Source: Prevotella sp. (GTDB lineage Bacteria > Bacteroidota > Bacteroidia > Bacteroidales > Dysgonomonadaceae). From it: a stretch of DNA of 24,527 bases. The notes under the pieces are model-generated. The model searched no databases and had not been told where the DNA came from. It saw only the letters and a program-made list of their open reading frames with translations. Positions within the stretch are counted from its first letter, which is position 1, and each line of letters starts with the position of its first letter. The stretch is taken from positions 1 to 24,527 of the forward strand of contig JAITVV010000019.1 of NCBI GenBank assembly GCA_031285625.1, given 5' to 3'. A program made the position numbers and the translations under genes. This document shows positions 18,108 to 24,527 of the stretch, piece after piece.

Positions 18108-19769
18108 ATGGAGAGGGAGAATATTTTACATAATTTATGTGACCGTATTAAGGGATCAAGAATATATTCGGCTTCATCCGGAGAACGGTTATATATTCCA
18201 TATTATGTTCATCATCCATATATAATTAAAGTGCGGGCGTTTCTTGAAGTTATCAATACCAAGGTACAACTTTTTGTGAGGGTATCTTCAGATATATATA
18301 CCCAAGCTTGGTGCAAGCAAGAATCTTTTCGGATAAAAGCCATATTAAATGAGCAACTATCTGAAGTTATTTGTAGTTGTGAACGGGAGCCTTATATTGG
18401 TTTACCTCACATGTCATTGCTGGATAATAATATCCAGCCTGTATTGTCGGGCTCGACATCTGAGCAAGCAAAAGCCATACGTTTTCTATGTCAGCGGAAA
18501 GTGGCTTTACTTATTTCGGAAGACCGGGGCGAACGATGGACCATCGCTCTACGAATAGCTGAGAGCCGGCACACAGCAAAAAAAATCGATAGGCTGCTGG
18601 TCTTTTTACCTGGAATCCATATTGAAAAGTTCAGGGAAGCATATGTGAAGCAGAAAGTAAAGATATATCCGATAATCATAGCCGGCATCGAAAGACTCAG
18701 CCATAATTTTTATTTGTATAAAAAGCTGCTTGATTATACGGGGCGGTCAACCATGATTATCGCAGACGACTGCCATCTGTTTAAATCTCCTGATTCCCTC
18801 CGCTCAAAACGCATAATGGTTATTGCGCGACAATGTAATTATAAATTATTGATGACTGCTTCATTGGTTACCAACAATATTCATGACGTATATATGCCTT
18901 ACAATATACTGGACGAACGGATTCTTTGCTATTATCGCTGGGAATACTTTTCAAAAATACATATTATATATGGGGGAGTAGATGGCTCTCAAATATTAGG
19001 ATACAAGAATATAGCCTATCTGATCAGCAAATTAGAACCTTACACATATAGCATAAACCGAATAAAACCTTGTTCGGCCGAAGTACAATCTATGGAGATG
19101 CAAATATATTGTTGTGAATTGACAACCATGCAAAAATATTACTACGCAAATGAAAAGCAGGAGTTGCTTTCGTTGATTGAAGAGGACAGGCTGAGTGTGT
19201 ATGATATTTTCCGCATTTTTATCCGTATGCAAAAGATTGTCTGCGGATATCCTTTGGATAAAGACAAGTATGATAACAATAAAATATATGAAACTAACAA
19301 AAAAGAACTGCTAAAAGAAAATTTGCCTGCCGGTGTATGTGTTATTTTTTGCAAATTCCGTTTTGAGATCGATCTGTTATTGTTCCTTCTTGGTGAAAAG
19401 AATTGCAGGGTTATAAATAATAAATGTAAGGTTGGTATTTCTAAGAATGAACAGGAAAATGCCTTTCTGCAAGAGAAATACTTCCTTTCAACCCTTTATT
19501 CTCCGGAATCAAAATTACAGGGAGTTAAAGATTTTACTCATATCCTTTTTTTTAGCCTATCTTTCTGTTATACCGATTATTTACAGTGTTTCTCCTACAT
19601 TTCCGATAACGGAATGGGGCAAAAGGTATCTTTTGCCTGCTTTGCAACTAATTCCGGAATAGATCACCTTATCATCCAGAACCTGAAACGGAAGGGAATG
19701 CTGGCTACTGAATTACGGGATTCCCTGGCAAACAAATCCCGATTAGCCCGCCTTGTTGAAATTTTATAA
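18108..19769 (+). CDS. SNF2/SF2 helicase-like protein with degenerate catalytic motifs
   Basis: SNF2 motif order is recognisable (EQAKAI, LLVFLP, IIADDCHLFK, LLMTASLVTNNIHDVY, ELTTMQKYYY, VIFCKF, IDHLIIQNLKRK), but there is no GKT Walker A and no QxxxRxxRxGQ motif. Confidence 0.75.
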   Translation: MERENILHNLCDRIKGSRIYSASSGERLYIPYYVHHPYIIKVRAFLEVINTKVQLFVRVSSDIYTQAWCKQESFRIKAILNEQLSEVICSCEREPYIGLPHMSLLDNNIQPVLSGSTSEQAKAIRFLCQRKVALLISEDRGERWTIALRIAESRHTAKKIDRLLVFLPGIHIEKFREAYVKQKVKIYPIIIAGIERLSHNFYLYKKLLDYTGRSTMIIADDCHLFKSPDSLRSKRIMVIARQCNYKLLMTASLVTNNIHDVYMPYNILDERILCYYRWEYFSKIHIIYGGVDGSQILGYKNIAYLISKLEPYTYSINRIKPCSAEVQSMEMQIYCCELTTMQKYYYANEKQELLSLIEEDRLSVYDIFRIFIRMQKIVCGYPLDKDKYDNNKIYETNKKELLKENLPAGVCVIFCKFRFEIDLLLFLLGEKNCRVINNKCKVGISKNEQENAFLQEKYFLSTLYSPESKLQGVKDFTHILFFSLSFCYTDYLQCFSYISDNGMGQKVSFACFATNSGIDHLIIQNLKRKGMLATELRDSLANKSRLARLVEIL

Positions 19770-19823
19770 GATGAATCGGCTTGTTCCGGTACGGAATTAC
19801 AATAGTTAAATACTTGAATAAAA

Positions 19824-20219
19824 ATGACAGATATACAACAGCGTATTGAAAAAATATGGGGTACAGACAATCGTCTCCACCAATTAATAGGCCCTTTTGT
19901 TATGAATCCCGATATAATCCGCATAAATAGAGGATATCCTTTTAAAAATACTGAGGATCATTTATGGTATATTGCCTTGAAAAATAAGAATATGGTAATG
20001 GGATTCCTTGCGGTTTGTAATGGGCGTATTTGTAATGATTTCACATGGCAGGATTGTGAGGTGCTGGAGTTTCTACTGAAGAAAGTCCTTGATGATATGG
20101 AAAAGGAAATGCTTGTTTCTTTCATCGCTGAAGATTATGAAGTGGGCTTGTTGGAAGAATTAGGCTTCCAACAGGAACGGAGAACTAAACGATATGTCAA
20201 GATGGTCAAGGTAACTTAA
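19824..20219 (+). CDS. Hypothetical protein, possible GNAT-like fold
   Basis: WYIALKNKNMVMGFLAV beta-hairpin and C-terminal LLEELGF resemble the GNAT pattern. No clear acetyl-CoA-binding Q/RxxGxG/A loop. Confidence 0.55.
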   Translation: MTDIQQRIEKIWGTDNRLHQLIGPFVMNPDIIRINRGYPFKNTEDHLWYIALKNKNMVMGFLAVCNGRICNDFTWQDCEVLEFLLKKVLDDMEKEMLVSFIAEDYEVGLLEELGFQQERRTKRYVKMVKVT

Positions 20220-20251
20220 TGGAAATAAAGTAGAAAAAATAACATATACTG

Positions 20252-21550
20252 ATGCAAGCTGAAAATGTATATCAAAAAGCGATGGGACGGATTGAATATA
20301 TCTTCTCCAGATTCGATAATATCTGCGTTTCCTTCTCAGGGGGAAAGGATAGTGGCGTAATGCTAAATCTGGTATTGGATTATATGCGTTCACACAAGAT
20401 CAAAAGAAAAATAGCGGTACTGCATATCGATGTGGAAGCGTCATACAGGCGGACGATGGACTTTGTTGAAAAAATATATCTCGACAATCTTGATCTGATC
20501 GATCCTTATTGGATATGTTTGCCGATGATTACGACAAACGCCGTGTCGATGTACGAACCCTACTGGATATTCTGGGATAGGGACAAAAAGGAAAAATGGG
20601 TCAGGCCAATGCCTGACCATCCCTTTATTATCCATCAGGGAAACTGCCCTTTTGGGTTTTACCACTTGAATATGACCTTCGAGGAATTCGTTTCTTATTT
20701 CGGAGATTGGCTGAATGGATACAGGAAAGCGGAAAAAACAGCATGCTTGGTAGGAATCCGCTCAAACGAAAGTTTAAATCGTTACCGGGCAGTTTCACGA
20801 AAGGATAAAGCCATGTTTGAAGATAAAGAATATTCTACCCGTATTTCAGAAAATACGTATAATTTCTATCCGGTTTATGACTGGAAGGTAGACGATATTT
20901 GGATTTATAACGGTAAGTTCGATAAACCGTACAATACAATTTACGATTTATTCTATAAGGCGGGAATTTCCCTTTCAAAAATGAGGATATGCGAGCCTTA
21001 CGGGGATGAGCAGAAAGCAGGGTTAAATTTGTTCAAAGTGCTGGAACCCGAAACCTGGATCCGGCTCGTGGACAGGGTCAGCGGAGCTAATTTCGGGAAT
21101 ATATACTGTGGCACCAAAGCTTTGGGGGTACGTCAAATATCCTTACCTGAAGGACATACCTGGAGAAAGTATTGTAAGTTCCTGCTGGATTCTTTACCTG
21201 AAGAAACCAGGAATATATATACAGCTAAATTTCTCCGTTTTATCCGTTATTGGAATAAGACCGGCTGTCCTGTTGCAGATGGGGATATACAAAGACTTAA
21301 CCCGGACACGATTATCAATACATATGAGTTTAGCAGACGGGGTAAATCCGACAAGTATGTGGTAAAATTCCGAATCATTCCTGATGCCTTGCCCGGATTG
21401 GATAATAAAACAGATTTTCTTTCATGGAAAAGAATGTGCATGGCTATTTTAAAAAACGACATAACATGCCATACCCTTTCTTTCTCTATGACCAAAAGGC
21501 AAATATTACATCAACAGCAACTACTTGAAAAGTATAAGAATATGTTATGA
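20252..21550 (+). CDS. ibrA: PAPS-reductase-like PP-loop / DUF3440 protein (IbrA/YbdN family)
   Basis: VSFSGGKDS PP-loop; YWICLP; LVGIRSNESLNRYR; YPVYDWKVDDIW; MRICEPYG; RVSGANFG; LPEGHTW; SWKRMCMAILKND. Confidence 0.88.
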   Translation: MQAENVYQKAMGRIEYIFSRFDNICVSFSGGKDSGVMLNLVLDYMRSHKIKRKIAVLHIDVEASYRRTMDFVEKIYLDNLDLIDPYWICLPMITTNAVSMYEPYWIFWDRDKKEKWVRPMPDHPFIIHQGNCPFGFYHLNMTFEEFVSYFGDWLNGYRKAEKTACLVGIRSNESLNRYRAVSRKDKAMFEDKEYSTRISENTYNFYPVYDWKVDDIWIYNGKFDKPYNTIYDLFYKAGISLSKMRICEPYGDEQKAGLNLFKVLEPETWIRLVDRVSGANFGNIYCGTKALGVRQISLPEGHTWRKYCKFLLDSLPEETRNIYTAKFLRFIRYWNKTGCPVADGDIQRLNPDTIINTYEFSRRGKSDKYVVKFRIIPDALPGLDNKTDFLSWKRMCMAILKNDITCHTLSFSMTKRQILHQQQLLEKYKNML

Positions 21551-22218
21551 AAGAGAATATAAATCTCCCGGATGAGATCATCCGGGCATTGACCGGTGAA
21601 CTATGCGACAGGATAAAGGAGATACCGGATACCGACTCCCGGATAGACACTTTGAATTATATACGTATGATGTTACATCAAGTCAGCCCGTTAAAACATC
21701 ATCCCGTTGATTTCGTTGCTTGGGAAAGATCCGTAATAATAGAAGCAAATGATTACAATCCTAACAGTGTTGCCCCGCCGGAAATGCGGTTATTGGTTAC
21801 CTCTATCGAAGATGATGGCTATACAATGCCGGTAGTAACATGTCCTGAAGAATGTATATTCCGTATCGTAGATGGCTTTCACCGTAGACAAGCGGAAAAA
21901 AAATCGAAGAATATATCCATCAGTACATATGGACGGCTGCCGGTTACTTTTATCAGGGAATCGCGACGAGGCCTCGACGACCGGATGGCATCTACAGTTC
22001 GTCATAACAGGGCGAGAGGTGCGCATAATATTGACTTAATGTCAAATATTGTCAGGGAATTAATATTCATGGGAAGATCTCTTCAATGGATATCCAGGCA
22101 TGTGGGAATGGATATGGATGAAATCCTCCGGTTAAAGCAACTGACGGGACTGGCTGCTTTGTTTGCCGGAAAGGAGTTTTCTTATAGCGAAAATATGGAT
22201 TCTTTTAAATCCCCTTAA
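21547..22218 (+). CDS. ibrB: ParB/sulfiredoxin-domain protein (IbrB/YbdM family)
   Basis: HPVDFVAW; ANDYNPNSVAPPEMRLL; DGYTMPVV; IVDGFHR; RMASTVRHNRARG; HTH-like GMDMDEILRLKQLTGL; ATGA overlap with the upstream gene. Confidence 0.88.
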   Translation: MKENINLPDEIIRALTGELCDRIKEIPDTDSRIDTLNYIRMMLHQVSPLKHHPVDFVAWERSVIIEANDYNPNSVAPPEMRLLVTSIEDDGYTMPVVTCPEECIFRIVDGFHRRQAEKKSKNISISTYGRLPVTFIRESRRGLDDRMASTVRHNRARGAHNIDLMSNIVRELIFMGRSLQWISRHVGMDMDEILRLKQLTGLAALFAGKEFSYSENMDSFKSP

Positions 22219-22268
22219 TATTTTAATAATAAATCGGTTACCCCTCGAACTGAAGAATTAAAAGAAAG

Positions 22269-22472
22269 ATGAATCAGTACAAATTTATATTACTGGGAGA
22301 AACAGTGGAAACGATTGTTCAGGTCAATGCTACTGATTACCTAAAGGCCTCAATAAAAATAATAGGTTGGATTACATCCAATCCTCAGGAATTAGAGAAC
22401 ATGAGATATCACGGGATTACTTTAATTAAAAGAGGGCGGCCGTTGATTTTTATAAAATCATATTCAGAATAA
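22269..22472 (+). CDS. Small hypothetical protein (67 aa)
   Basis: ATG in A-rich context, 50 nt after the ibrB-like stop, same strand, fills the gap. Confidence 0.5.
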   Translation: MNQYKFILLGETVETIVQVNATDYLKASIKIIGWITSNPQELENMRYHGITLIKRGRPLIFIKSYSE

Positions 22473-22614
22473 ATATTTTAAGTAGCTCACTCTTTTTCCA
22501 TCCGAAGCTTCCCTGGCAGTTTTGGCTGCCTGTACGTTTTGGCGGACAGCCCTGATAGCGGCAAGATACTTATAAAAATAAATAACCTCTATTACGAATT
22601 AAAAATTTTAAAAG

Positions 22615-24174
22615 ATGAGAGAACTAAACAAAAAGACGATGTTAGTAACATTTATTATACTTATGTTACTGACTATATTTACACAGACTTCGTATGCACA
22701 GGTAACAATCGGTGCAGGAGAGCCACCCCAGGAATTTTCTATCCTTGAAATTTCGGCAAAATATACAAAGGGCGGCCTTGACTTGCCCCAGCTGTCGACA
22801 CACGAACGGGACTCGATAACGGCTACACCGGCTTTCAAGAAAGAAATGGCAGGTAAAGCCTGTGGATTAACCTTGTTTAATACCGATAAGAAGGAAGTAC
22901 AATACTGGGACGGGGCACAATGGGTAACAGCCGGAAAAAACTCACCGTGGCATGTATCCCCGGTTTCCGGTGCTTCCTCAAATCCTGCAGACCATCAGAC
23001 AGCTACCGGTTATAACCAAGATATCTACAGGACAGGCCATGTTACCATAGGCAACCATACAAAGAAAATAGATCCGGCAGCCATACTCAATGTCGTAGCC
23101 AGTGATAAAGGAGTGCTGCTACCCAGGGTAGCATTAATAAGTTCTACCGACATGACCACCATTGCGAATCCTACCACGGGCTTGCTGGCCTATAATACGG
23201 GGACGGCAGGACTCAAGGCCGAAGGCTATGTATATTGGAACGGGAATGAATGGAGAAAATTCGGTAACAGCTCCCTGTCCCCGGGAACCATAGGCAGCAT
23301 AACCTGTAACGGTGTCTCACTGACTCCCAGTATCTATAAAGCCGGGATACCTTATGAAGGAACTATGATAATCCCATATACAGGCGGTAACGGCGGAATG
23401 TATCCCGAACAGACAACAAGCAAGGTAAACGGGCTTACGGCAACTTTAGTTTCAGGGAATTTCGAGGTAGGAGCGGGCAATCTTGCTTATACTGTAAAAG
23501 GTATTCCGACAAAAACAACTCCCGAGACTACGACATTTACCGTAAATGTCGGCGGTAAAACCTGCCATGCGGTAATCGGGACAGGAGACGGGATTGCACC
23601 GGGTGATTTGGTTTATTATGCCACGGATGAATTTGACGCTGCAGTCAGCGGTGTTGATCTGGGAACTTTCAATTATGCAGGCGACCCGAATAATGGATAT
23701 TATGCTACGGGATGGTTGAGCTCTTATATAAAAAATCTCCCTATAATAGGGGGAAAACTCAGGCTGGACGGCTATTTTAATAAATCTTCCTCGAAAGGAA
23801 AGGGAACGGTCAGCTTCAATCCCCGGCTGGTTAATATTACCGATAAAAATGTAAAGTTCTGGTTCAGCGCCATGACTACCGTTAACAATTACAATGCTTC
23901 GAATATTGTTTTAGCACCCGGCAAATGGGTGAATCTTGATGACGGTATTTATCTCAACCTCGGAATGAACAGTACGGTAACCTCCCCGACAAATCCTAAC
24001 ACCCATAATAAATATGGAGTAACAGTAAGCGGGGATCAATCGGAAGTTGTTACATTGGACTTGTCCCTGGATAGTAAATGGTATAGGGTTTACTATTATC
24101 CCATAATTGACAATAAGGATGGTTCTACCACTCCTAAGAGAAAGATATATATGTCTATACAAAGGCTATATTGA
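22615..24174 (+). CDS. Secreted adhesin/fibre-like surface protein
   Basis: Signal peptide ending TSYA|QVTIG; two related modules (ILEI..KGGLDLPQL..GLTLFNT..YWDGAQW and ILNV..KGVLLPRVAL..GLLAYNT..YWNGNEW); Gly/Thr-rich beta-rich C-terminal region. Confidence 0.65.
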   Translation: MRELNKKTMLVTFIILMLLTIFTQTSYAQVTIGAGEPPQEFSILEISAKYTKGGLDLPQLSTHERDSITATPAFKKEMAGKACGLTLFNTDKKEVQYWDGAQWVTAGKNSPWHVSPVSGASSNPADHQTATGYNQDIYRTGHVTIGNHTKKIDPAAILNVVASDKGVLLPRVALISSTDMTTIANPTTGLLAYNTGTAGLKAEGYVYWNGNEWRKFGNSSLSPGTIGSITCNGVSLTPSIYKAGIPYEGTMIIPYTGGNGGMYPEQTTSKVNGLTATLVSGNFEVGAGNLAYTVKGIPTKTTPETTTFTVNVGGKTCHAVIGTGDGIAPGDLVYYATDEFDAAVSGVDLGTFNYAGDPNNGYYATGWLSSYIKNLPIIGGKLRLDGYFNKSSSKGKGTVSFNPRLVNITDKNVKFWFSAMTTVNNYNASNIVLAPGKWVNLDDGIYLNLGMNSTVTSPTNPNTHNKYGVTVSGDQSEVVTLDLSLDSKWYRVYYYPIIDNKDGSTTPKRKIYMSIQRLY

Positions 24175-24183
24175 TCCGGCTGA

Positions 24184-24258
24184 AATGGGAGTTATGGGAA
24201 AGATTATCAACAGGACACTGCTTCTGGGTACTTGTAAGATAATCTACCCATTCCCATT
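24184..24258. terminator. Long imperfect hairpin between convergent genes
   Basis: Nested pairings AATGGGA/TCCCATT, ATGGG/CCCAT and AGATTATC/GATAATCT. Confidence 0.45.
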
Positions 24259-24303
24259 ATCTATCCACTTTTACATTGGAAAATCCTTTCTATTGGGCAC
24301 TCC

Positions 24304-24527
24304 CTATATAGCGACTAAATTTTCTTCCTCTTCTAACTCGACATCTGCCTCCACTGCTTGTTTCTTTTCCAGTTCTTCCAGTTCCCTTTTTATTTTACGC
24401 TCCAGCCCGTCCAATTCGATTTTCATTTGTTTCAGTTCTTCCTCTTTTTTCCACGGGATAGCCACTATCTTCTGAAGCTTCGCAATATCTTCTTCCAACA
24501 CGGCATTCTCTTTTTCATACTTTCCAA
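24304..24527 (-). CDS. C-terminus of a gene entering from the right, probably the large DNA methylase/helicase of Bacteroidales conjugative elements
   Basis: Frame is open to the window edge. LEEDIAKLQKIVAIPWKKEEELKQMKIELDGLERKI resembles the coiled-coil WKKEDELKQLKSEL-type tail of that family. Confidence 0.6.
   Translation of the reverse strand, partial: GKYEKENAVLEEDIAKLQKIVAIPWKKEEELKQMKIELDGLERKIKRELEELEKKQAVEADVELEEEENLVAI

Noticed and set aside
20252-22218. Complete Dnd/Ssp phosphorothioation system, or true CysH/chromosomal ParB
   Set aside because: No cysteine desulfurase, DndD/DndE, Ssp, ParA or cys genes occur in the window, and the motifs match the IbrA/IbrB (YbdN/YbdM) type.
24107-24475. 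122-aa plus-strand ORF
   Set aside because: It is the Ser/Phe-rich antisense shadow of the Glu/Lys-rich minus-strand gene.
1-24527. CRISPR array, tRNA or rRNA genes
   Set aside because: No regularly spaced repeats or recognisable structural RNA genes were seen by eye.

Overview
AT-rich Bacteroidota (Bacteroidales-like, judged from TAnnTTTG promoters, SusC/SusD and gene style) accessory region that looks like part of a decaying integrative element. Left to right: 3' part of a transglutaminase-like gene; a frameshifted HMA-like gene; a 91-aa ORF whose diverged, frameshifted second copy lies 13.3 kb downstream. Between the two copies lie a Panacea (DUF4065) antitoxin with a PemK/MazF-like partner, a 152-bp IS1-like MITE with an 8-bp target duplication, and an ECF-sigma/FecR/SusC/SusD locus whose only enzymes are two phosphoesterases, with a clear antisense promoter and terminator in the susC leader. 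Next come a tyrosine-integrase remnant and two membrane-bound AraC-like regulators. Divergent from them is the most unusual module: a SNF2-like protein with apparently dead catalytic motifs, a GNAT-like protein, IbrA/YbdN-like (PAPS-reductase/DUF3440), IbrB/YbdM-like (ParB/Srx), a small ORF and a secreted adhesin-like protein. The window ends in what looks like the C-terminus of a Bacteroidales ICE methylase/helicase. All family calls come from motif recognition by eye, not database searches.
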